Source: Aeriscardovia sp.
GTDB lineage: Bacteria; Actinomycetota; Actinomycetes; Actinomycetales; Bifidobacteriaceae
Length of the DNA: 31,411 nucleotides
Reading direction: 5' to 3'
Assembly: GCA_017538865.1 (NCBI GenBank)
Contig: JAFYIA010000029.1
Location: forward strand, 1-31,411
Part shown: in pieces, positions 1 to 6,796 of the stretch
How positions within the stretch are numbered: the stretch's first letter is position 1
Layout of the letters: every line of letters starts with the position of its first letter
Translations under genes and position numbers: made by a program
Notes under the pieces: model-generated
Told to the model about the DNA's origin: nothing
The model's input: only the letters and a program-made list of their open reading frames with translations
The model's database searches: none

Positions 1-1
1 G

Positions 2-499
2 CCTTGGATCCCCAGATGCCTTTATGAAGATTACCCCCTTACGGGAATCTGGATGAGCAATATCAGCGAGAAGGGTCTATGGTCGGAATTGCTCAAACCT
101 GCCGATAGGAGGGGGAAAGCCGAGCTGACAACAATTCGGATGTACTTGAGAGGGGCTGGTTCTCCCCTTGCAAAGCTGAGTGACAAAAAACTAGCTGACA
201 AGATAGAGCAGGCGGGATTCCCAGTTGCGCGTTCCAACAATAATACGAGGCACGTCAGGGGGTATGTAATCAATATGGATAGCGCCATTGTAAGGGCTGC
301 CAAAAGGGATTATGACAACTTAAGTGACGGTCTGGAGGATGAAGCTGACAATTACGACTTTTCCCAGGCTCGGAGGGAATATATTAAAGCCCATGAAAAC
401 GAGCTGATGGAATATTCCTCCCGTTTGGAAGCCATGCTCCCCTCCTCCTCCCGGTCTCGTAGGGTCTATTCCGCGCCTGTTATGCCGAGGCTTTCCTAA
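2..499 (+). CDS. 5'-truncated CDS; C-terminal part of a possible phage/plasmid primase-helicase or replication protein
   Basis: The frame of ORF 53..499 has no stop from base 2 (PWIPRCLYEDYPLTGIWMSNIS...), so the gene probably starts left of the window. The segment LSDKKLADKIEQAGFPVARSNNNTRHVRGYVI resembles the C-terminal winged-helix pattern of P4/D5-family primase-helicases; resemblance by eye only. Confidence 0.45.
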   Translation, partial: PWIPRCLYEDYPLTGIWMSNISEKGLWSELLKPADRRGKAELTTIRMYLRGAGSPLAKLSDKKLADKIEQAGFPVARSNNNTRHVRGYVINMDSAIVRAAKRDYDNLSDGLEDEADNYDFSQARREYIKAHENELMEYSSRLEAMLPSSSRSRRVYSAPVMPRLS

Positions 500-613
500 A
501 AGATAATTTAAATCGCAATTTTTTGCCCCAGCACCTTGCTCTAGGCTGTTTTCAGATTCATTTATTTGTATTACTGTTCAGGTAACTTTGGGGGTGTTTT
601 TAATTATAATATG

Positions 614-644
614 TGTTTATATGGTAAAATTTTAAGTATAAACA
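614..644 (+). promoter_or_regulatory. Extended -10 promoter enclosed by an 8-bp inverted repeat (candidate operator)
   Basis: TGGTAAAAT (TGn-TAAAAT) at 622-630, flanked by TGTTTATA (614-621) and TATAAACA (637-644), about 50 bp upstream of the ATG at 696. Confidence 0.6.
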
Positions 645-695
645 TTATTTTTGCATGAAGTGCTTAGGCACATGAAATAGGCAAAGGCGGATCTT

Positions 696-968
696 ATGGC
701 TGCTGAAACAATTAAAACTAAAACGCATAACATTCATTTTCAAGAGCCTGTAGTAAATCCCTTTAACGGATATATGCAGGACAGCATCCAGATTCAAGAG
801 GACGATTATCAAGATTTGAAGGCTAGGGCCGATAAGGCGGGTCTGGGCGTGGGTCGCTACGTCCTTTCCCTTCTGGCGTCCGGGAAAAGCCCATTTGCCG
901 CAAAGAGCGCTAAAAATGCCTATATGAGGGGGGTTATAAACAAACTTGAAAAAGAGGCGCGCAGGTGA
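696..968 (+). CDS. Small protein with a probable ribbon-helix-helix (CopG/Arc/MobC-like) DNA-binding domain
   Basis: 90 aa; residues ~29-61 DSIQIQEDDYQDLKARADKAGLGVGRYVLSLLA fit the strand-helix-G-helix RHH pattern. The stop overlaps the next start (GTGA at 965-968). Confidence 0.6.
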   Translation: MAAETIKTKTHNIHFQEPVVNPFNGYMQDSIQIQEDDYQDLKARADKAGLGVGRYVLSLLASGKSPFAAKSAKNAYMRGVINKLEKEARR

Positions 969-1549
969 GCCAGGAGAAGCCGGATTTTGTGGGAGACGTG
1001 CTCAAAACGACAACGGCCCTCAAAGCTGACGAATGGTTTTACGTGGTGTATGACAATGAAGCTGTAGCTTATTCTCCCAAACCGGACAGTATGCTCCCTC
1101 CCCTCAATAATCCCCGGGACTTGATAAAAGTTGCCAGGGCTTTACAAGGCAACCCTGTCAGAGTTGATAAAATTATACGAAAGTTTTGGCGCGATTATGC
1201 GGGCGTTGCCCTCGTTCAGTCTCATATACTCGTAATAAATGACGAATCAGAAGTTACCCTAAATAAAACCCTTTATCCGGACGGCTCTCTTGTTTCGCCT
1301 GCAATGATGTTTTTAGCTTTTATAGATTCTATGAAGACTGGCATCCCTTTCGCGTATTTGCCCGATGGAATAAATGTATTAGATGAAATCGAGGGGGAGG
1401 CCGTAAAGGTGTATTGCCATAGGTTTGCCCAGAAAGACAAGGCGGTTCGGGGTGATGATATAGATACGTTTATTAAGGAGTTTGTAGAGCACAGCGACCC
1501 TATGGGCAGGCTTTCTCCTGACTTTCTGGATAGATGGCAACAACCATAA
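965..1549 (+). CDS. Hypothetical protein (194 aa), translationally coupled to the RHH gene
   Basis: GTG start overlaps the upstream TGA; clean 585-bp ORF; no motif recognised. Confidence 0.65.
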   Translation: MSQEKPDFVGDVLKTTTALKADEWFYVVYDNEAVAYSPKPDSMLPPLNNPRDLIKVARALQGNPVRVDKIIRKFWRDYAGVALVQSHILVINDESEVTLNKTLYPDGSLVSPAMMFLAFIDSMKTGIPFAYLPDGINVLDEIEGEAVKVYCHRFAQKDKAVRGDDIDTFIKEFVEHSDPMGRLSPDFLDRWQQP

Positions 1550-1590
1550 CCTTAATCAGTGCGATAGGTCAATAGGGGGTTGCAGGCGGG

Positions 1591-1957
1591 CTACATCCCT
1601 AGCAGTTCTTTTACAAGCCTTTCAAGGGAAAATTCAATTCCGCCCTCTTCGTCGTGCCCTGCAGCGCCTGGAATGTACTTCATTCCCCGGTGATCGTCAA
1701 TTCCTCGCCTTGCGCCGGCTTCGCTCCAACTTTGGCAGGGGGGACCGCCTATTATCCCATCACAATCAGAAATTTCCTCCACTGAAATGTCAGTTATGCT
1801 TCTCGTATCCATCCTGACTTGCGGGAAATTCTTTTCAAAAGTGGGGAAAATTTTCTTGTCGAACTCATTGGCCCAGATGGTCTCAAAGCCGGCATGCTTA
1901 AATCCAAGGGTCCAAGCCTCCCGCTCCTGAAAATAGCGATACTACCTTCAGAGACAT
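1591..1957 (-). pseudogene. DNA (cytosine-5)-methyltransferase, HaeIII-like; +1 frameshift and large 3' deletion
   Basis: ATG at 1957 gives MSLKVVSLFSGAGGLD (motif I). An extra base in the GGG at 1908-1910 shifts the frame. The restored frame reads LGFKHAGFETIWANEFDKKIFPTFEKNFPQVRMDTRSITDISVEEISDCDGIIGGPPCQSWSEAGARRGIDDHRG (motifs II-IV with catalytic PC). Similarity then stops, and ~30 unrelated codons run to TAG at 1591; motifs VI-X and the TRD are absent. Confidence 0.9.
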
Positions 1958-2045
1958 TGCTTTTGCCTTTCAGTAACAATCGTTGCCTTCGTTGCTGTAC
2001 CGCATTTTACCTGCGAGGTCGGATCTCGCCGCCTTATTTTGGCGC

Positions 2046-2516
2046 CTACCGGTCTTGCCTCATTATGGGGGCAGATCGGACTGCATGAAGATTGCTCTCC
2101 TTGCACTTTGCCTGCATTATGGCTTCCCTTACGCTTGCCACGCAGTCTGGCAAATGCCTGTCTATATCCTCCCCCCAGAACCTGAGCACCGTCCACCCCA
2201 TGGCTTTGAGCCTCCGGTTCGCCTCCGCGTCCCTCTCCACGTTCCTACGTATCTTCGTTTCCCAATACGCCCTATGGGTTCCGACGGGCTTTTTCAAGTC
2301 AAAGCCCTTCCCATGCCAGAAAGATCCGTCGCAGAATACGGCGATCTTCCACCTCGTTATGGCTATGTCGGGCGTGCCGGGCAGCCCCTTCAGGTTCTTC
2401 CTGTAGCGTATCCCCTCGTGCCGCAGCGCCTTTCTGAGCCTCACCTCTATGGAGGTGTCCGCCGAATGGATGTTCCTCATAGCTTTGTGGCGTTGTTCGG
2501 GTGTAAGCCTGTCCAT
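2046..2516 (-). CDS. vsr: Very short patch repair endonuclease (Vsr family)
   Basis: MDRLTPEQRHKAMRNIHSADTSIEVRLRKAL...LPGTPDIA...IAVFCDGSFWHG...YWETKIRRNVERD...GWTVLRFWG are Vsr signature segments. GAGGAG RBS upstream; co-oriented with the C5 methyltransferase remnant. Confidence 0.95.
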   Translation of the reverse strand: MDRLTPEQRHKAMRNIHSADTSIEVRLRKALRHEGIRYRKNLKGLPGTPDIAITRWKIAVFCDGSFWHGKGFDLKKPVGTHRAYWETKIRRNVERDAEANRRLKAMGWTVLRFWGEDIDRHLPDCVASVREAIMQAKCKESNLHAVRSAPIMRQDR

Positions 2517-2741
2517 CTTTCTCCTCTGTCAACTAATATGAATAATCGACTTTGTCTCTTTATGCCACTGCATCTCATTGTTATATGGCTACCTTGAACA
2601 CTTATTACTGTGCCTTTTCGCAACAGACAAGGGCAATGGAATATAAATAGATTGCATTACTCCCGTAAATTCGGCGAATCAAAAAGCAGCGGACGGCGGC
2701 TAGTCTTCATCCTGAACTGTTTACCCTTACATTTAAAAATT

Positions 2742-2771
2742 TTTTGAGTATACTAAAAATTATGTTATAAT
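2742..2771 (+). promoter_or_regulatory. Strong sigma70-type promoter with an overlapping 18-bp imperfect palindrome
   Basis: TTGAGT (2744-2749), 16-nt spacer, TGTTATAAT extended -10 (2763-2771). TTTTGAGTATACTAAAAA (2742-2759) is palindromic except for one position pair. Confidence 0.7.
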
Positions 2772-2801
2772 TATTCTTGTAAGATAAAAAAGGAGGTAGA
2801 A

Positions 2802-2894
2802 ATGCTAACTCAATAAGAAATGGAAGAAGTTAAAAGGATAACGACGTTCTTAAAGTTACCTGAGGACAAACAATATGGATCCGTATTCCGCTGA
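2802..2894 (+). other. uORF or small interrupted gene: MLTQ-stop-EMEEVKRITTFLKLPEDKQYGSVFR
   Basis: Near-perfect SD (AAAGGAGGT, 2789-2797) before ATG 2802; TAA at 2814-2816; the same frame stays open to TGA at 2892-2894. Confidence 0.45.
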
Positions 2895-2973
2895 TTTCGG
2901 CCAATGGAATAGAATGTCCAACAACCTGGCGAGGCCGAGTCTATTAATTTAGGAGTAAATAGGAGAATTAAAA

Positions 2974-3789
2974 ATGATTTTAAATTATCAAGAGTATATA
3001 TGTGAGGCTCAAAATCTGCGTTTTCAAGCAGGAATAAACGCTATTGAGAAGAGAGGTATCCGAAGGAATTTGATTGATCCTCTTATGATGGGATTGAATG
3101 GAAATTATGTCATTAAGTCATATGCAGATCCTATACCCATTATTGGCAAGCCCTCTTATGATCTTTATCCACTTCTTCCTGGTGAGAAGTACATTTGCGA
3201 ATTTCCTCCTTTCAATCCAGGAGAGAATAGAAACCCGAGTTCCTATTCTGATGCTCAGTTTCGATCGGACTATGGCCTAATCTATTCAGATATCCCTGAC
3301 CTTGTGATTTCTCCTAATGATTCGCCTGCGAGTTTTATCACTGTTGAAGTAAAAAGTCTCTTTGTCAATAATAATTTTTTGGAAGATCCGGAATATAAAG
3401 CTCAAGGTGCACAGAAACTTATTCAGCTTTACCATGAGAAAAAAATCAGTAAGGCAACTATTAAGGCAATTTATGATTCTTGTAGTCAGAAATGTACCGA
3501 TTTAAATATTCCCTGTGTATCTGATATGGATTACAGGAGCAATATACCAGGGGCAGACACTGTTACTTTTGACAATGGAGAGATCATCAGACTATATCAG
3601 GAAGATTGGAATATACTCGACTTGCAGTATGCCCAAAAAGCTAATGTGAGATCTGTAAATCTAACTAATGGCAGACTTGTGAGAAGATTTTATAAGGAAG
3701 CCAACCAAATAAAATCGAGAAATTACAACTTATATATTGAGAACGATTTTAGCACTTGGCAAGAAGATCTGAGAAGCGATCTTAAATAA
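2974..3789 (+). CDS. Putative PD-(D/E)xK nuclease, restriction-endonuclease-like (resembles the HsdR N-terminal nuclease domain)
   Basis: 271 aa; AGGAG RBS; P108-D109...E125-V-K127 (IPDLVISPNDSPASFITVEVKS), preceded by the helix EKRGIRRNLIDPLMMGL and by CEF, a layout seen in HsdR_N-type domains. AT-rich. Confidence 0.55.
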   Translation: MILNYQEYICEAQNLRFQAGINAIEKRGIRRNLIDPLMMGLNGNYVIKSYADPIPIIGKPSYDLYPLLPGEKYICEFPPFNPGENRNPSSYSDAQFRSDYGLIYSDIPDLVISPNDSPASFITVEVKSLFVNNNFLEDPEYKAQGAQKLIQLYHEKKISKATIKAIYDSCSQKCTDLNIPCVSDMDYRSNIPGADTVTFDNGEIIRLYQEDWNILDLQYAQKANVRSVNLTNGRLVRRFYKEANQIKSRNYNLYIENDFSTWQEDLRSDLK

Positions 3790-3798
3790 TTTTACTAA

Positions 3799-3841
3799 CC
3801 CCTGATAAGCAATAGGCTTTTAGTTAAGCGAGGCTTAGGGG
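3799..3841. terminator. Possible hairpin between convergent genes
   Basis: CCCCT-GAT-AAGC (3799-3810) can pair with GCTT-AGGGG (3833-3841); imperfect, with no clear U-tract. Confidence 0.25.
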
Positions 3842-3868
3842 AGGTAAGGGCGGAGTTTAACCGTAACA

Positions 3869-3889
3869 GGAGGATTGCGCCGTCCAGGC
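3869..3889 (+). repeat. Imperfect direct repeat, copy 1
   Basis: GGAGGATTGCGCCGTCCAGGC versus copy 2 GGAGGTTTCGCCGTTCCAGGC (1 mismatch, 2 single-base indels). Confidence 0.45.
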
Positions 3890-3912
3890 TTCCTCAGAGC
3901 TTCTGTTCCCTT

Positions 3913-4629
3913 CTATTTCCCGTAGAATGCGTCCAAAAATCCCTGGGCGAGTATTTGCAAACAGTCAGAGCCATTTAGGCCGGGAAAACAATTCGCTCCG
4001 AATGAGGGGAAACCAAATAAGGGAAAAGTGCCCCACATACCTATAGCAAAGTCATAGTCCCCATCACTGGTTAGTTCGCACCAGTTTTGGAATATCTTGT
4101 TCTTGAAGGCATTCTCCACTGTCCAAGCTTCAGTAGGGTCGAAAATAACCCACCACTTATTTGGTTTTGATGCAATGTTTGCAATTATTTTTGTGGAAAT
4201 TTTAGATGACGACAACCTGGTGCTCTTGAGAGTGAGATTGTAGTTCTGATGGCGTTCGATTACAAAACTGCCAACCTTAAGCATTTGCCTCAGATAATCT
4301 TCAAGACCGTCCCATGGATTCGTATATGGCCACGACATAGCCATTTGATTCCATGCTTTAGGGGGGAAGGAAGGATTTTCACTCCACTTGAGACACCGGG
4401 GATACTTCTTTAGCAATCCAGGATCAGGGATAAATGTTTTTGCTGGGTCAAAGTTTTTCTTAGCGTATCCGCCGGCTGCGTTAGCTATCCTACGTGCAAG
4501 CGTGTCCATCCAATTAGAAACGGGGACTGTTGGGTGATTGTACGGGTAGTCGAAATGGCAGTGCTCATCGTCAATGAACATACACAACCAACAACGTTGT
4601 TCTAAAGTCATATTGGCAATTGGCTTCAT
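3913..4629 (-). CDS. Hypothetical Trp-rich protein (238 aa) with an N-terminal Cys/His cluster
   Basis: Clean 717-bp ORF in AT-rich DNA; 11 Trp; CWLC-x6-HCH near the N-terminus; no family recognised. Confidence 0.7.
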   Translation of the reverse strand: MKPIANMTLEQRCWLCMFIDDEHCHFDYPYNHPTVPVSNWMDTLARRIANAAGGYAKKNFDPAKTFIPDPGLLKKYPRCLKWSENPSFPPKAWNQMAMSWPYTNPWDGLEDYLRQMLKVGSFVIERHQNYNLTLKSTRLSSSKISTKIIANIASKPNKWWVIFDPTEAWTVENAFKNKIFQNWCELTSDGDYDFAIGMWGTFPLFGFPSFGANCFPGLNGSDCLQILAQGFLDAFYGK

Positions 4630-4642
4630 AACTACACTTTCC

Positions 4643-4670
4643 CTTCTAAGCAGGAACTTTTAAAAGTCAA
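4643..4670 (-). promoter_or_regulatory. Candidate promoter with a 12-bp perfect palindrome
   Basis: Minus-strand TTGACT (4665-4670), 16 nt, weak TAGAAG (4643-4648). The palindrome ACTTTTAAAAGT at 4656-4667 overlaps the -35; CTTTTAAAA recurs at 4707-4715. Confidence 0.35.
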
Positions 4671-4719
4671 TGATTATTTTCTCTCAGGTTAGTGCATTAT
4701 TCGAGTCTTTTAAAAACTT

Positions 4720-4740
4720 GGAGGTTTCGCCGTTCCAGGC
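4720..4740 (+). repeat. Imperfect direct repeat, copy 2 (at the island/core compositional boundary)
   Basis: GGAGGTTTCGCCGTTCCAGGC, see copy 1 at 3869-3889. Confidence 0.45.
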
Positions 4741-4867
4741 GGATTTTGGGGCTGCCTTGACGTACAGAAAACGTAAAGGAATTAACAGGTAATCCAAATC
4801 CCGGTCCAACTCCCATTTTTATAAGGGGACAACCCACAAACCGGCTCCAAAGGTTATTAAAAACGCT

Positions 4868-4898
4868 AAAGAAAGATGAAGTAAAAAGGCGCTTCATC
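4868..4898 (-). terminator. Candidate intrinsic terminator downstream of lgt
   Basis: GATGAAG (4875-4881) / CTTCATC (4892-4898) stem followed on the minus strand by TTTCTTT. Confidence 0.45.
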
Positions 4899-4932
4899 CA
4901 ATAAGCGAATCCCCAGTTGTCTCTGTCCCTTC

Positions 4933-5865
4933 TCAGGCGTTGCCTTTCCTCTTTTGATCGTGATCTTCCGCCTCCCTCTCCCTTTCCTTCTCCGTAGCCA
5001 GCGCCAGCTTCTCCAGAGCTTCTTTTCGGCCCTGCCCCCGCTTGGAAAGGTAGACAAACAGCCCGATTCCCAAGAGTGCGCAAACAATGGCGGCCCATGT
5101 GTTGATCCTAAGGCCAAGAAAGTACAGGGAGGAATTTATCCTTATCTCTTCTATTCCGGCCCTGCCTGCCCCGTAGTACATGAGGTAGAGGCAGAAAATC
5201 TGCCCGCTTTTCAAAGACTTTTGGAAGCGGTTCCCGAAGATTGTCAAAAGGACGGCCCCCACGAGGCACAAAATTATCGAGTAGAGGAAGGTTGGCTGGA
5301 AAAGGTGCGTCTGGGGATCGGGGCAGGGAAGGTCGGTGTAACAGGTCTCGAACTTCCCTATCGCGTCGGCCGAGTTGAGCTTTAAGCCTATGGGCCAAGT
5401 GGTGGGTAGGCCGTAGAGCTCCTGGTTGAACCAGTTCCCGAGCCTTCCGAAGGCCTGGGCCACGAGGAGCGCGGGGGAGACGGCGTCGGCCAAAAGGAGG
5501 GCCGGGATTTTTTTGCGCCTCCCCACGAGCGCTACGGCTACGGCCCCTCCTATGAGGGATCCGAATATCGCCATCCCCCCGTGCCACACTTTCAAGATGT
5601 TTATGGGGGAGCCGGTGGGGGGGAAATAGTCCCACGGCACGGTCAGGCAGTTGTAGATCCTGGCCGCCACCAGCCCGCAGGGGACTGAAGCCAGAGTGAA
5701 GTCCAAAACCTGGTCGAAAGTGCCCCCCCATTTTTTCCACCTACGGGTGAGTATCAGCACTGCAAAGATTATGGCGCAGAGCATCGTGAGGGCGTAGAAG
5801 TGGATTGTCAGGGGGCCGATTTTGAAGAAGGAGACGGTGGGGGAGGGGATTGAGGCCTCCGGCAT
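4933..5865 (-). CDS. lgt: Prolipoprotein diacylglyceryl transferase
   Basis: IPSP...IGPLTIHFYAL, AARIY, WHGGMAIFG, AQAFGRLGNWFNQELYG, FQPTFLY, YGAGRAGIEEIR are Lgt motifs; multiple hydrophobic segments. Confidence 0.95.
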   Translation of the reverse strand: MPEASIPSPTVSFFKIGPLTIHFYALTMLCAIIFAVLILTRRWKKWGGTFDQVLDFTLASVPCGLVAARIYNCLTVPWDYFPPTGSPINILKVWHGGMAIFGSLIGGAVAVALVGRRKKIPALLLADAVSPALLVAQAFGRLGNWFNQELYGLPTTWPIGLKLNSADAIGKFETCYTDLPCPDPQTHLFQPTFLYSIILCLVGAVLLTIFGNRFQKSLKSGQIFCLYLMYYGAGRAGIEEIRINSSLYFLGLRINTWAAIVCALLGIGLFVYLSKRGQGRKEALEKLALATEKEREREAEDHDQKRKGNA

Positions 5866-5917
5866 TGTTTACCCCTTTCAAAAGCCCGGCGCCCGGAACG
5901 CAGGATCTGCCTTCAGC

Positions 5918-6781
5918 CTACAGGAAAAGGATTAAAAGCAGGTAAAGGCAGGGGGCGGCCAAAAGGATGCTGTCCGTCCTGTCCAAAACGCCCCCATGCC
6001 CCTTTATGAGGTTTCCGTAGTCCTTGATCCCCACGTCCCTTTTTATAACTGAAGCGCAGAGATCCCCCAGAGTGCCTGCCACGGCCCCGACGATCCCCAC
6101 GATTATCGCCTTCCACCAGTCGTCAGCGAAGGTGGACCTAAAGAAGATGATCCAGAAGATGACCTCCCCGACAATGCAGAAAAATAGGCTCCCCGCCAGG
6201 CCTTCGTAAGATTTTTTGGGGGAAAGGCGCGGCGTCATCTTGTGCCTGCCCAAAGTGGCCCCGACGGTGAGGCCCCCGATGTCGCTAAGGGCGGGAAGGA
6301 AGATCACCATAAACTCCATCCCATGCTCGGGGCTGTTGGCAAGGTTGGCGGGATGGAAAGTCAAAGGGAGAATGAGGAAGGAGGAGAGAAGGAGGATGTA
6401 GAGGGCTATAAAGAGAGAGGCGCAGGAGTTTCTGAGCCTGCTCACGGGCCTGTTGAGATCCAAATCCGGAGGGGTGGCAAGCCCTCCCCGGACGGCCACC
6501 AAAACGAGGCACGCAAACAGGGAGGCCGAAAGGGCGCATATGTGCCGGGGGAAAAGGTAGGTGCAGCAAAAGACGACTGCAACCGAAAAGGCTATGGTGA
6601 CCTTTGGGATCTTAATCCCTATCAGTTTGGAGGCCCTGGCGAGCTCTATCAGGGCCAGGATGACGAAAATATATATGAACCAGACAAATCCGAAGGGAGG
6701 CAAAAAGAAGAGGCAGACCATGATTATGCCTGCCAGGGCGAATCCGACCACTATGGCGGTGGCAAGTTTCCTTCCCGTCAT
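5918..6781 (-). CDS. cdsA: Phosphatidate cytidylyltransferase
   Basis: SDIGGLTVG...GRHKMTPRLSPKKSYEG and SVIKRDVGIKDYGNLIKGHGGVLDRTDS signature; follows frr. Confidence 0.96.
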   Translation of the reverse strand: MTGRKLATAIVVGFALAGIIMVCLFFLPPFGFVWFIYIFVILALIELARASKLIGIKIPKVTIAFSVAVVFCCTYLFPRHICALSASLFACLVLVAVRGGLATPPDLDLNRPVSRLRNSCASLFIALYILLLSSFLILPLTFHPANLANSPEHGMEFMVIFLPALSDIGGLTVGATLGRHKMTPRLSPKKSYEGLAGSLFFCIVGEVIFWIIFFRSTFADDWWKAIIVGIVGAVAGTLGDLCASVIKRDVGIKDYGNLIKGHGGVLDRTDSILLAAPCLYLLLILFL

Positions 6782-6796
6782 AAGTACCTCTGGAAA

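Larger units (their letters stand above)
1..4740. mobile_element. Right-hand end of an AT-rich accessory island (mobile element / defence island remnant); left boundary lies outside the window
   Basis: Abrupt compositional shift near 4.7-4.9 kb (spot counts: 19/60 G+C at 3361-3420 vs 41/60 at 8401-8460). Contains orphan ORFs, restriction-modification remnants (vsr, broken C5 methyltransferase, PD-(D/E)xK nuclease) and a primase-like tail. No integrase or att site identified inside the window. Confidence 0.7.

Noticed and set aside
1794-2597. ORFs 1794..1979, 1819..2088, 1948..2196, 1983..2597, 2092..2406, 2299..2532
   Set aside because: Alternative frames or antisense of vsr and the methyltransferase pseudogene; they have no independent signals.
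2974-3789. The 271-aa nuclease as the cognate HaeIII-type (GGCC) restriction enzyme
   Set aside because: No resemblance to HaeIII-family endonucleases that I can see. The MTase is dead and GGCC is abundant, so an active cognate enzyme would be lethal unless another MTase exists.
4697-4932. Possible small gene or ncRNA between the island and lgt
   Set aside because: The listed ORFs are extensions of off-frame readings of lgt. No tRNA cloverleaf, att-like tRNA fragment or convincing conserved structure was found.
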